DNA of 64,000 nt from Nannocystis radixulma (GTDB lineage Bacteria > Myxococcota_A > Polyangia > Nannocystales > Nannocystaceae): contig NZ_JAQNDN010000024.1 of assembly GCF_028369095.1 (NCBI RefSeq), positions 409,350 to 473,349 of the forward strand. Direction: 5' to 3'. Below the pieces are notes generated by a model. That model saw nothing but the letters and a program-made list of their open reading frames with translations. It did no database searches and was not told the DNA's origin. This document shows positions 1-14,549 of this stretch, piece after piece. Both the position numbers and the translations under genes were made by a program. Position 1 is the stretch's first letter. Every line of letters starts with the position of its first letter.

Positions 1-801
1 TGGCGGTGCGACTGCGGCCGCGGCTTGTTGGCATTGCGGGCAGTAATAGGTGGTGCGCCCGAGCGTGCCTTGGCGGCGCACGGCGATCGCGGCGCCGCAG
101 CGCGGGCACGGCTCGCCCGATCGATTGTAGACGCTGGTGTTGGCGCGGCCGATGCCCCAGCGGGTCCTGCGCGGGCCGTCGCCGAGGTTGCGGCGCATCC
201 ACGTGCGTCCGGCTGTCAGCAATCGCCGCAGGGTGGAATCGTCGTAGTCGCTGACCGGCTTGAATGGGTCGAGCCGCTCCATCCATAGCAGCTCGCTCTT
301 GTAGACATTCCCGAGCCCGGCGACGAGGCGTTGATCGAGGAGCGCCTCGCCGAGCGGCCGGTGGGGATCGTCGCGCAGGCGCGCCAATGCGGCGGCGATC
401 GTGTCTTCGGGCTCCTCGGGGCCGAGCAGGTCGGGGCCGAGGCCGGCGAGCGTGGGGTGGTGGCCGACCTCCCAGGCGGTGAGCCACTCGACCACCGGCG
501 CGTAAAAACACACCGCGACGTGCGAGGCGGTGGCGAGCACCACGCGGGCGGCGGCGGCCGGCTTGCGCCACGCGCTGCCCGGGGCGTACAGGTGCCAGCT
601 GCCGGCCATGCGCAGGTGGGTGTAGAGCGCGTGCGTGCCGTCGAACCAGATCAGGAGGTTCTTGCCGCGGGCCTCGACGCCGGTGATCGTGCGGCCGACG
701 AGGTCGAGGTCCTGGAGAATGGATTCGAAGCGGGTGACGGTCTCGCCGACCATCACCCGCAGGCGCGCGGCGACCTTGAACAGGGTGTCGCCCTCGGGCA
801 T
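1..801 (-). CDS. nei: Fpg/Nei-family DNA glycosylase (Nei2-like, endonuclease VIII-like); the C-terminal end runs off the window start
   Basis: Minus-strand translation from the ATG at 801 gives MPEGDTLFKV..., an H2TH-like middle region and a C-terminal zinc finger CPRCGAAIAVRRQGTLGRTTYYCPQCQ. The start codon lies 4 nt downstream of the lhr stop. Confidence 0.8.
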   Translation of the reverse strand, partial: MPEGDTLFKVAARLRVMVGETVTRFESILQDLDLVGRTITGVEARGKNLLIWFDGTHALYTHLRMAGSWHLYAPGSAWRKPAAAARVVLATASHVAVCFYAPVVEWLTAWEVGHHPTLAGLGPDLLGPEEPEDTIAAALARLRDDPHRPLGEALLDQRLVAGLGNVYKSELLWMERLDPFKPVSDYDDSTLRRLLTAGRTWMRRNLGDGPRRTRWGIGRANTSVYNRSGEPCPRCGAAIAVRRQGTLGRTTYYCPQCQQAAAAVAPP

Positions 802-804
802 GGC

Positions 805-5274
<4,470 letters not shown>

Positions 5275-5388
5275 GCCATGTGATGGTCGAATTCGCTGCA
5301 CGTGCAAGCATCGCCGGCGGACTCGGGCGTGAGTCGGGTCGTGTGCGCAGGGGCGGCGCGCATGGCGCGATATGAGCGACGCTTGACA

Positions 5389-5406
5389 AGCAACCAAAAG
5401 GTTGCA
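5389..5406. promoter_or_regulatory. Inverted repeat GCAACC-AAAA-GGTTGC directly after a TTGACA hexamer, upstream of arsR; putative ArsR/SmtB autoregulatory operator overlapping the promoter
   Basis: Perfect 6-4-6 palindrome at 5390-5405 next to TTGACA (5383-5388), 18 bp upstream of the arsR start codon. Confidence 0.5.
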
Positions 5407-5422
5407 TGATAGGACAACCCGC

Positions 5423-5758
5423 ATGGACGAGGTGTTCAAGGCGCTGGCCGACGCGACGCGCCGGCAATTGCTCGACCGGCTGTTCTGTGACAACGGCCAG
5501 ACGTTGCACGCGCTGTGCGAGCACCTCGACATGACGCGCCAGGCGGTCGCCAAGCACCTCGCGGTGCTCGAGGCGGCCGGCCTGGTGGTCGTGGTCCGCA
5601 GCGGGCGGGAGAAGCTGCATTACCTCAACCCGGTGCCGATCCACGACATCTACGCCCGCTGGATCGGCAAGTACCAGCACCACCACCTGGCGGCCCTGCA
5701 CGCCCTCAAGACGAGCCTCGAGGAGAACCACGATCATGACGACGACGACCACGGATAA
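5423..5758 (+). CDS. ArsR/SmtB-family winged-helix transcriptional regulator
   Basis: MDEVFKALADATRRQLLDRLF...TRQAVAKHLAVLEAAGLV is a canonical ArsR HTH. Start chosen at the second ATG, downstream of the operator. Confidence 0.85.
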   Translation: MDEVFKALADATRRQLLDRLFCDNGQTLHALCEHLDMTRQAVAKHLAVLEAAGLVVVVRSGREKLHYLNPVPIHDIYARWIGKYQHHHLAALHALKTSLEENHDHDDDDHG

Positions 5759-6209
5759 GCCGAGCTTTGTGTATGTCCTCTACATCGCCACCACGGCGGA
5801 GAAGCTGTGGGAGGCGCTGACTCAGGGCGATTTTACCGAGAAGTACTGGGGCGGGCGCCGGGTCGAATCGACGTGGCAGCCGGGCGCGCCGATCGTGTAC
5901 CGCTACGACGAGGGCCGCAAGACCGACATCACCGGCGAGGTGCTGCGCTGCGAGGCGCCGACGCTGCTCTCGTACACCTTCGGCGTCGACCACGGCGAGG
6001 CGACCGAGCCGGCCTCGCGGGTGACGTTCGAGCTCAAGCCGCTCGGGGCGATGGTCCGGCTGACGCTGACGCACGACCAGTTCCCGGAGGGCAGCAAGGT
6101 GCTGCAGGGCGTGTCGCGCGGGTGGCCGGGCATCCTGTCGAACCTCAAGAGCTACCTCGAGCTCGGCAAGCCGATGCCGTTCGGCAACTGGGACAGGGCC
6201 ACCGCGTGA
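5736..6209 (+). CDS. SRPBCC/Aha1-domain (activator of Hsp90 ATPase-like, START-fold) protein, the usual partner of ArsR regulators
   Basis: 157 aa of non-repetitive composition; an ArsR-SRPBCC pair is a common arrangement. Confidence 0.7.
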   Translation: MTTTTTDKPSFVYVLYIATTAEKLWEALTQGDFTEKYWGGRRVESTWQPGAPIVYRYDEGRKTDITGEVLRCEAPTLLSYTFGVDHGEATEPASRVTFELKPLGAMVRLTLTHDQFPEGSKVLQGVSRGWPGILSNLKSYLELGKPMPFGNWDRATA

Positions 6210-6477
6210 GCCTCGCGCGGGCCGAGAACGGGCGTGGCATCACGCGCGGTCCTCGGGCCCCAGATCGCCGGCGAGCTCATGCTTGCTGCTGCCGATGAGC
6301 GCGCGACCCTGCGACGCGAGCGGTTCGCTGGCGCTCGCGTGCGCGCCGAGGGTTCATGCAATCCCTGTCGCACGCATCATGCATGGACCCTTTCGCGTAT
6401 ACGCATTCACCCCTCTCGCGCGCGGCGGAGATTCGCTATATCCCCGGCGCATGATTGCCAACCTTTCGACATACCTG

Positions 6478-7968
6478 ATGCCGCGCCTTTCGGCCGGCGC
6501 ACTATTCGCATTCAGCGCGGCGACGCTGGTCGCCTGCGGCGACGACGGCAGTGATTCCACCGCGAGCGAGACCGACACCGACAGCGAGACCGGCACCGAC
6601 ACGATCGATCCGACCGCCACGACCGGCCCGGGCACCACCAGCACCACCGACCCGACCACCACCGGCGTCCCGACCACCACCGACGACGGCACGGTCACCG
6701 ATCCCACGAGCCCGACGACGACGACGACGACGGCGACCGACACCGACGCGATCACCAGCACGACGACGACGGGGACCGACACGGGTCCGGACACGACGAC
6801 CGGCGACACGACGACCGGCGACACGACGACCGGCGACACGACGACCGAGGGCGACACGAGCACCTCGACGAGCACCGGCGTCGACACGGACACCTCCAGC
6901 ACGGGCGATACCGACACGGGCGGGCCGGTGAAGCCCGACGACTGCGTCGACCTGTCGCTCGCGGACGTCGAGTTGCTCAGTCAGCAGCAGCACCAGTTCG
7001 ACAGCGCGTGGATGGTGCCGCTGGTGCGCTCGCCGGAGTCGCTGGCGAGCCTGACCGGCGACGAGGCGCTGTCCGACCTGCTGCGGATCCTCTTCTCCGG
7101 CGACATCACGGTCGGCGTCCACGCGCTCGACCCCGATCCCAACCACGCGTTCCCCGACTACGTGACGAACTTCGTCACCACCAGCAACGCGGCGGTGACC
7201 CTGCAGGAGGACCTGGTCGACCAGGCCTACACCAAGGTGTTCACGGCCGTGGCGGGCGAGCTCGAGATCTTCGAGCTGGTGTCGTCGCACCAGACCCGCG
7301 GCGTGGTGCGCCACGTCGAGCTGCGGGAGATGGCGCCGAACCCCGACACCGAGGCGCTCGAGCCGGTCGAGGGCGGCGCCTGCTACTGGATCGCGGAGGC
7401 CGAGTACGACGTGCGGCGCGTGAATGGCTGCACGCCGTACACGGACGACGCCTGCCCCGAGGGACAGTTCTGCATGCCGACCAACGCGATCGGCTCCGAC
7501 GGCGAGTGCGTCACCGGCGGGACGAAGCTCGAGGGCGAGGCCTGCGTCCGCCCCGACCCCGAGCTGTGGGACTCCGACTGCGAGCTCGGCCTGCGCTGCC
7601 TCAACCCCGGCGACGGCCCCACGTGCATGAAGGTCTGCGACGTGCTGTCCGACGCGCCCGGCTGCGCCGAGGGGACCCACTGCGGCGGTGGCTACAACCT
7701 GTGCCTCGACGAGGCGGAGCTGCAGAACAGCGGGATCGATCCCGCGCCCGTCGGCGAGCCCTGCGCCGACAACCCGGAGGCCCTCTACTGCGGCGGCGCC
7801 GGCCGGCCGGGGACCTGCTGGGACGACGACGGCAACGGCCCGATGCCGTCGAGCTGCCGGCCCTTCGTGTCGGCGCCCTCGCAGTGCGTCGCGCCGCAGA
7901 CGGCCGGGCACATCGCCTACAAGGACACGATCGACCGCTCGACGCTGTGGTGCTTCGAGCTGCCGTGA
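6478..7968 (+). CDS. Secreted lipoprotein with a Thr/Asp/Gly-rich linker and a cysteine-rich C-terminal domain
   Basis: MPRLSAGALFAFSAATLVACGDDGS lipobox, about 140 aa of T/D/G low complexity, then a Cys-rich globular C-terminus. Confidence 0.7.
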   Translation: MPRLSAGALFAFSAATLVACGDDGSDSTASETDTDSETGTDTIDPTATTGPGTTSTTDPTTTGVPTTTDDGTVTDPTSPTTTTTTATDTDAITSTTTTGTDTGPDTTTGDTTTGDTTTGDTTTEGDTSTSTSTGVDTDTSSTGDTDTGGPVKPDDCVDLSLADVELLSQQQHQFDSAWMVPLVRSPESLASLTGDEALSDLLRILFSGDITVGVHALDPDPNHAFPDYVTNFVTTSNAAVTLQEDLVDQAYTKVFTAVAGELEIFELVSSHQTRGVVRHVELREMAPNPDTEALEPVEGGACYWIAEAEYDVRRVNGCTPYTDDACPEGQFCMPTNAIGSDGECVTGGTKLEGEACVRPDPELWDSDCELGLRCLNPGDGPTCMKVCDVLSDAPGCAEGTHCGGGYNLCLDEAELQNSGIDPAPVGEPCADNPEALYCGGAGRPGTCWDDDGNGPMPSSCRPFVSAPSQCVAPQTAGHIAYKDTIDRSTLWCFELP

Positions 7969-7993
7969 GCGGCCCGCGGTGAGACTTCCCCTT

Positions 7994-8033
7994 GGGACGT
8001 GCTTTTAAGGGCATGTCCCAGGGGGCAGGGATC
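7994..8033. repeat. 14-bp-period palindromic repeat array (about 3 units: gggaCGTGct / gggCATGTccc / ggCAGGGatc) between convergent genes
   Basis: Core spacing is 14 and 14 bp; located between the stop codons at 7968 and 8032. Confidence 0.6.
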
Positions 8034-8265
8034 ACCGGGTGTACTCGACCTCCCACTGCGAGCCGTCGGTGGTCGTGTACGCGATCACGATGCGCGTCTC
8101 CTCGACGCGGACGCGGCCGCTGCCGGGCTCCCAGTCGGGGCGATCGGTGAGGATCTCGTAGCTCGGCGCCGGATCGTCCTCCTCGCAGGGCGGCTGGCAG
8201 CCCGGGGTGAGCGGCGCGGACGCCCCGAGGTGCACGGCGCCGACGAACACGACGGTGCGGTTCAT
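8032..8265 (-). CDS. Small secreted protein (77 aa)
   Basis: MNRTVVFVGAVHLGASA signal-like N-terminus; the ATGA overlap with the upstream gene indicates translational coupling. Confidence 0.5.
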   Translation of the reverse strand: MNRTVVFVGAVHLGASAPLTPGCQPPCEEDDPAPSYEILTDRPDWEPGSGRVRVEETRIVIAYTTTDGSQWEVEYTR

Positions 8266-8582
8266 GGCGCGGCCTCCGGGGCGAGGTCGAGGTCGAACGG
8301 CGGGTGCGCCGGGTCGAACACGGCGTCGAAGACCCCGAGCTTGTTCGTGCGCAGGGAGAGCTCGATGTTGCTGCGCCAGTACGCCTGCGACTCGATGTCC
8401 CCGGTCCCGGAGATCCGGCGGACCTCGACGAAATCGCCGCCCAGGATGCCGTCGTCGGGGCACTCGAGACTCGACGCGTGGGCGCGCGACTCGCTGGCGC
8501 GCAGGCCGGCGCCGAGCACGATGCCGGCGACGGTGAGGCCGAGGAGGGCGATCCGGTGGTTTCTGGCGGGTGTGTCGGTCAT
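8262..8582 (-). CDS. Small membrane-anchored or secreted protein (106 aa)
   Basis: MTDTPARNHRIALLGLTVAGIVLGAG TM/signal segment; real start inside the longer ORF 8262..9356. Confidence 0.5.
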   Translation of the reverse strand: MTDTPARNHRIALLGLTVAGIVLGAGLRASESRAHASSLECPDDGILGGDFVEVRRISGTGDIESQAYWRSNIELSLRTNKLGVFDAVFDPAHPPFDLDLAPEAAP

Positions 8583-8608
8583 GGCGGCGGCTCCGGGTGC
8601 AGGGGAGA

Positions 8609-9106
8609 TCAGGACCACGGCTCGAAGGTGCGGAACGACACCGTGAAGGACGTGTCGCCGCGCAGGGCGTCGAGCTCGAAGCTGTAGGCCTCGCCCTCGT
8701 GCTCGCCCTCGTTGAGGCTGATGACGAACTCGAACTCCTCGCCAGGCGCCACGACGATGTCCGCCTCGACGCCGAAGCTCGCGGCCACGAAGGTCACCGG
8801 CTCGGCGCAGGTGTTGGTGCCGAAGAGGATCGGATCGACGCAGCCGCCCTCGCCGGTCTCGAGGTGGCGGTCCCCGTCGGAGACCTCGATCTCGAGGCAC
8901 TCGGTGGCGGGCGCGAGGGTGGCGTCGGAGCTGCTGGTCCACGGGCAACCGCCGCATCCGGTGGCGAGCAGCGGGGCGGCGACGATCGGCGCGGCCGCGA
9001 ACGGGCCGAGGGCGGCCACGCGGGCGAGGACGGTGAGACCGCCGAGGGCGGCGAGCAGCCGCAGCTTGACGGTCGGACGGACGGGGGCAGGGCGAAGCGA
9101 GGACAT
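8609..9106 (-). CDS. Small lipoprotein (165 aa)
   Basis: MSSLRPAPV...LLATGCGGC lipobox-like sequence and acidic C-terminus; tail of the artefactual ORF 8609..10279. Confidence 0.55.
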   Translation of the reverse strand: MSSLRPAPVRPTVKLRLLAALGGLTVLARVAALGPFAAAPIVAAPLLATGCGGCPWTSSSDATLAPATECLEIEVSDGDRHLETGEGGCVDPILFGTNTCAEPVTFVAASFGVEADIVVAPGEEFEFVISLNEGEHEGEAYSFELDALRGDTSFTVSFRTFEPWS

Positions 9107-9316
9107 GACGGCTCTCTCTCGAACGGCGCGGGGCGGCGGGTCGCCCGGGTGAGGGCTCGCCGTGGGCCGTTCGAGCGTGAAGTCGCCGCGGCGGTCGGGA
9201 AAATTGCGCGGCCGCGAATTTTTCTTCGGCGAGCGGCAGGGGGCGGGAATTCGCCGGCATGGGGCAATTCGGCGCCGAGGACGCACGTGGGGTCCGCGAG
9301 CGGCGCCGTCCGGGCA

Positions 9317-9390
9317 TGAGGATGATATGTCCAAAAGGACATGCGCAAAAAGACATGCATCCGCGCAGGGCGACCCGCGGGGATGCATGT
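9317..9390. repeat. 14-bp-period palindromic repeat array (about 6 units, several degenerate), upstream of the 8609..9106 lipoprotein gene
   Basis: ATG centres at 9317, 9331, 9345 and 9373 with degenerate units at 9359 and 9387; units are gatATGTcc, ggACATGCgc, agACATGCat. Confidence 0.6.
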
Positions 9391-9411
9391 CTCGGGGGGC
9401 CGCGGGCGAGC

Positions 9412-10392
9412 TCACTCGCACTGGACGCGGACGTCGACGACCTCGCCCGAGCGCTCCTGGCCCATGCTGCGGTAGACGAAGCGGGCGCGCTCGAGGCCGC
9501 AGTTGCCGCGGTCGTCGCACTCGCGGCGGGTGGTGTAGCCGAGGTCGATCTCGACGATCTCGAAGCTGGCCAGCGGCAGCGTCTCCCAGCCGGTCGAGCG
9601 CCGGTCGCCGTCGTGGTCGGCCCACAGCACGAGCTCGCCCCAGCGCGCGTCGGCGGCGGTGAGCTTGCCGTCGCGGTCGCTGTCGAGCTCGGCGAGGGCG
9701 TCGAAGCCGTTGTGGGGACCTGTCCCCGAGGACATGCGGGTGGCGCTGCCGAACAGCTCGCGGCCGCCGTCGATGCTGCCGTTGCCGTCGCGGTCGAGGG
9801 CGAGCCACGGCGTGGCGGCGCCCGGCCAGTCGGCGCGGGCGCAGCTGCCGGCGCCGCCGTGGATGTCGAAATCGGCCGCGGCCACGGCGGCCGGCGTGAA
9901 CTCGATCGGCTCGCCGAAGCTGAGGACCAGCGGGGTGTTGCAGTCCTCCTGGTTCCACACGCCGCGGCCGTTCTCGTCGGCGACGCAGCCCATGTCGATG
10001 CCGTCGTCCCAACCGCACGACTTGCTCTCGCCCGGCGTGCACTCGTCCTCCTCGACGCAGGCTCCCCAGCGCTTCTCGACGCGGTTGCGCTCGGCCTCGT
10101 AGCTCACGCAGTGCTGGATCCCCTCCTCGCACGGGCGCGTCTCGCCCTCCTCCTCGCAGGTCTCGGTGAGGCAGGCGGTCCAGACGTAGGTGACCTGCTC
10201 GGGCGAATACACGCAGAACTCGACACCCGCGACGCTGTCGAGCTGACAGCCAGCCGGCGCCTCGTCCGAGGCGCACCATTCACCTTCGCGGCCGAAGTCC
10301 TCCAGCTGCGATGCGTGGTCGCCGGGGAGGATCTGGGCGTCGCAGGCGGGGAGGACGAGGAATAGCGTGGATAGGGCGAGCAGGCGGGACAT
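9412..10392 (-). CDS. Secreted lipoprotein with EF-hand-like calcium-binding loops and many paired cysteines
   Basis: MSRLLALSTLFLVLPACDAQ lipobox; DRDGNGSIDGGRELF and DSDRDGKLTAADA are DxDxDG loops. Confidence 0.65.
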   Translation of the reverse strand: MSRLLALSTLFLVLPACDAQILPGDHASQLEDFGREGEWCASDEAPAGCQLDSVAGVEFCVYSPEQVTYVWTACLTETCEEEGETRPCEEGIQHCVSYEAERNRVEKRWGACVEEDECTPGESKSCGWDDGIDMGCVADENGRGVWNQEDCNTPLVLSFGEPIEFTPAAVAAADFDIHGGAGSCARADWPGAATPWLALDRDGNGSIDGGRELFGSATRMSSGTGPHNGFDALAELDSDRDGKLTAADARWGELVLWADHDGDRRSTGWETLPLASFEIVEIDLGYTTRRECDDRGNCGLERARFVYRSMGQERSGEVVDVRVQCE

Positions 10393-10558
10393 GCGAGTGC
10401 CGGTTAGCAACCCCTGTGCCAGCCGCGTACGGGCCGTTCCGCGGGCGCAGGCGGGCTCGCGGCGCGGGATGAGGACATGTCCCTCGGGCGCGCGCGTCGG
10501 GGGCCAGGCGCCGGGTGCGACGGACGCGTCATGCGATCGGTCGCGCGAGGTCGCCGCG

Positions 10559-11266
10559 TCAGTAGCGCGAGCGCGGCTGCGACTCGACCTCGCCGACCAT
10601 CGGCACGAAGCGCACCGGCAGGACGGTCTCGAGGTGGAGGTCGCCGCTCGGGCGCTTCTCGAGCACCTGCAGGTCCTGGACGAACTCGCCAACGGGGATC
10701 ACGAGGCGGCCGCCGACGGCGAGCTGCTCGGTGAGCGGGCGCGGGATCGTCGGCGCGGCGGCGGCGACGATGATGGCGGCGAACGGGGCGGCCTCCGGCC
10801 AGCCGCGGTAGCCGTCGCCGGCGCGCACGTGGACGTTGTCGTAGTCGAGCTCCTCCAACAATGAGGCGGCCTGCTCGGCCAGCTCGGTCACGACCTCGAT
10901 GCTGTAGACCTCGGCGCCCATCTCGGCGAGCACGGCGGCCTGGTAGCCGGAGCCGGTGCCGACGTCGAGCACGCGGTCGCCGGGCTGCACGCGCGCGAGC
11001 TGGGTCATGAGCGCGACGATGTACGGCTGGCTGATGGTGGCGCCGTGGCCGATCGGCAGCGGGTGATCGCCGTAGGCGAAGCGCTGATCCTCGGGCGGGA
11101 CGAACCGCTCGCGCGGGACCCGGCGCATGGCCGAAAGGACATGCTCGTCGGTGATGTCGCGGCCGGCCAGCTGTTGCTCGACCATGCGGCTGCGGGCTTG
11201 AGTGGGTTCGTCCATGGCGGCGGCGCAGGCGACGACCGTGCACAGGAGTAGGCTCGATCGGCGCAT
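10559..11266 (-). CDS. pcm: Protein-L-isoaspartate(D-aspartate) O-methyltransferase with an N-terminal signal peptide
   Basis: GHGATISQPYIVALMTQL, LDVGTGSGYQAAVLAEMG and a C-terminus VRFVPM... are PIMT hallmarks; N-terminus MRRSSLLLCTVVACAAA. Confidence 0.85.
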   Translation of the reverse strand: MRRSSLLLCTVVACAAAMDEPTQARSRMVEQQLAGRDITDEHVLSAMRRVPRERFVPPEDQRFAYGDHPLPIGHGATISQPYIVALMTQLARVQPGDRVLDVGTGSGYQAAVLAEMGAEVYSIEVVTELAEQAASLLEELDYDNVHVRAGDGYRGWPEAAPFAAIIVAAAAPTIPRPLTEQLAVGGRLVIPVGEFVQDLQVLEKRPSGDLHLETVLPVRFVPMVGEVESQPRSRY

Positions 11267-11334
11267 GACGGCAGCATAGCGCGCGCCTGGCCGGGCGCCC
11301 GCGCAGGCGCTGCGGCGGGCTCGGCCTTGGGATG

Positions 11335-11588
11335 GGAGATGTCCGAAGGAACAGATCGATTCGAATGGCGGGCTCGGCCGGGTGATGGGCGGCGGACGGG
11401 TGGCTGTCCGAAGAGACATACGTCGAGCCCGGTCCCGCGAACGGCCTGGCCCGAGAGACATGTGATACGACACCGGGCCCGGCGGGGCGGAACGTTCGGG
11501 TGAGGATGGTCGCCGCGAGCGCGGGGAGCCGGCGGGCTGAGGCGCGGCGGATCTGTCTCGCAGGACATGTCCATGCGGACACGTCCCG
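11335..11588. repeat. Three separate 14-bp-period palindromic repeat arrays in the pcm-nadE intergenic region (11335-11370, 11400-11466, 11561-11588)
   Basis: Units include gagATGTCCgaagg, ggCTGTCCgaagagACATACgt...gagACATGTgat and caGGACATGTCCatgcGGACACGTCCcg. Phase is kept within each array but not between them. Confidence 0.6.
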
Positions 11589-11596
11589 CGACGAGC

Positions 11597-13579
11597 TCAG
11601 CCGTCGTCGCGCTTGACGAAGGCCTCGAGCTCGGCGAGCTCGTGCGTGAAGCCGCCCGAGAGGATCGGGAAGCGGCACCACGTCTTGGGGTCGAGGTTCT
11701 CGTCGTCGAGGTGGAAGCTCGGGGCGTAGCGCTCGCGCTTCCACTGGTTCTGGCTCCACAGGCGGAAGAAGCGCTTGACCCACAGCAGCATCTGGTCGCG
11801 GGAGTGCTGCGGGAAGCGGCTGGCCAGCACCCGGTAGACCTCCTTCGGCGCCAGCTTGTCGCGGATCGCCGCGCGCTCGATGGCGTCGAGGATCGGGTAG
11901 GGCATCAGGTCGTCCTCGTCGGTCTGATGGGCGCCCGAGGGCCGCAGCTCGGCGGTCGGGGCCTGGACGTTGACGGCGCGCAGCGCGGGCATGGGGCCGA
12001 CGCCCGCGGGGCCCTCGGTCTCGACCCACCGCAGCCACTGGCGCAGGAAGGCCTTGTCGATGCCGGCGATCGGCGACAGGCCGCCGCAGGTGTCGCCGTC
12101 CATGGTGGCGTAGCCGACGGCGGCCTCGCTGCGGTTGCTGGTGGCGAGCAGGAGGGCGCCGCGCAGGTTGGCCAGCAGCCACACGCCGGGGGCGCGGGCG
12201 CGGGCCTGGATGTTCTGCAGGGCGATGTCGTCGCGCTGCCACGACAGCTCGCGGCCGATCGCGGCCTCGACGTTGCTCACGTAGGTGCGCACCAGCGGGT
12301 CGACGTCGAACTCGATGAACTCGGCGCCGACGGCCTCGGCGACCGCGGCGGCGGCGTTGCGCGTGGTGGCGGAGCTGTTGGCGGTCGACTGATAGACGCA
12401 GGTGAGGAGCGAGCGGACGATCGCGCGCGGGGTGGTGCACACGCCCTCGGGCAGGCCCAGGCGGGCGCAGGTGGCCTCGACGCCGAGCTCCTGGACCGCG
12501 AGCGTGACCATGAGGTGCACGAGGTAGGCGACGGCGGCCGAGTCGGCGCCGCCGCTGAGCGAGACGACGAAGCCGCGCGACCGGCTCTTGCGCAGGTAGT
12601 CGAACAGGCCGAGCGCGACGGCCCGCGAGAACTCCTCGCGCTTGTCGTTGCGCTGCTCGTCGTCGGGGTCGACGGTGTGCGGCGGCAGGTCGGCGGCCGG
12701 GAGCTTCATGTCGAAGCGGGTGATCCGGCGGACGTTGTCGTCGACGGTGGGCGCGTAGGTGGTGCGGGCGTGGAGCATGCGCGCGAGGTCGACGTCGACC
12801 ACGGCGCTGGTGAGGTAGACGTCGTCGTAGCCGAGCCGCGGGCCCTCGGCGATCAGGTGACCGATCGAGGCGATCATGCACTCGCCGTCGTAGATGACGC
12901 GGCCGGACTCGTTGCCGATGAAGTTGGAGTAGACGTAGGTGGCGCGGAAGCTGCGCGAGGCGTTGAGGACGATCTGCTTGCGCACCTCGTGCTTGCCGAA
13001 CGCGAAGTGGCTGGCGCTCGGGTTGCAGATGAAGTCGACGCCCTGGCTGGCGAGCTCGACGCCGGGGCGGTTCGGGACCCACGCGTCCTCGCAGATCTCG
13101 AAGCCGATCCGCAGGCCGCCGACCTCGAAGATCTGGTCGCCGAGCGGGTAGCTGTGGCCGTCGTGCTCCCACTGCACGAACTTGCCGGCCGGCCAGCCCT
13201 TGAACCACCGCGGCTCGTAGTGGATGCCGTCGCCGGCGAGGAAGCGCTTGCCGACCAGGCCGACGATCTGGCCGTCGGCGACCAGGCAGACCGCGTTGTA
13301 GTTGGCGGCGCGGTGCATGATCGGCAGGCCGAGCGCGACGACGATGCCCTGCGTCTCCGGCAGCAGCTCCTGCAGCACGCGCCACGACTCGAGGATCGTG
13401 CCGCGGCCGAAGAACGCGTCCTCGCAGCCGTAGCCGGGGATGCACAGCTCGGGCAGGCACAGGACGGCCACGCCCTGCTGGCGGGCCAGGCGGATCGCCT
13501 CGAGGATCCGGGCCTGGTTGCCGTCCCAGTCGAGCGGCGTCTGGTTGAGGGCGGCGGCGGCGACGCGGACGAGGTGCAT
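11597..13579 (-). CDS. nadE: Glutamine-dependent NAD+ synthetase (N-terminal nitrilase/CN-hydrolase domain plus C-terminal NAD synthetase domain)
   Basis: 660 aa; the CN-hydrolase catalytic region (FEICED...) and the PP-loop SLSGGADSA are present. Confidence 0.85.
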   Translation of the reverse strand: MHLVRVAAAALNQTPLDWDGNQARILEAIRLARQQGVAVLCLPELCIPGYGCEDAFFGRGTILESWRVLQELLPETQGIVVALGLPIMHRAANYNAVCLVADGQIVGLVGKRFLAGDGIHYEPRWFKGWPAGKFVQWEHDGHSYPLGDQIFEVGGLRIGFEICEDAWVPNRPGVELASQGVDFICNPSASHFAFGKHEVRKQIVLNASRSFRATYVYSNFIGNESGRVIYDGECMIASIGHLIAEGPRLGYDDVYLTSAVVDVDLARMLHARTTYAPTVDDNVRRITRFDMKLPAADLPPHTVDPDDEQRNDKREEFSRAVALGLFDYLRKSRSRGFVVSLSGGADSAAVAYLVHLMVTLAVQELGVEATCARLGLPEGVCTTPRAIVRSLLTCVYQSTANSSATTRNAAAAVAEAVGAEFIEFDVDPLVRTYVSNVEAAIGRELSWQRDDIALQNIQARARAPGVWLLANLRGALLLATSNRSEAAVGYATMDGDTCGGLSPIAGIDKAFLRQWLRWVETEGPAGVGPMPALRAVNVQAPTAELRPSGAHQTDEDDLMPYPILDAIERAAIRDKLAPKEVYRVLASRFPQHSRDQMLLWVKRFFRLWSQNQWKRERYAPSFHLDDENLDPKTWCRFPILSGGFTHELAELEAFVKRDDG

Positions 13580-13601
13580 TCAATGTCTCCGGGGACAGGG
13601 T

Positions 13602-13616
<15 letters not shown>
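13578..13616. repeat. 14-bp-period palindromic repeat array (3 units) spanning the nadE start codon, the 22-bp intergenic gap and the last codons of prs
   Basis: Centres at 13582, 13596 and 13610: caATGTCTcc / ggACAGGGtc / aGGACATGTCCtg. The prs C-terminus ...LAGHVL is encoded by GGACATGTCC. Confidence 0.65.
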
Positions 13617-14545
<929 letters not shown>

Positions 14546-14549
<4 letters not shown>

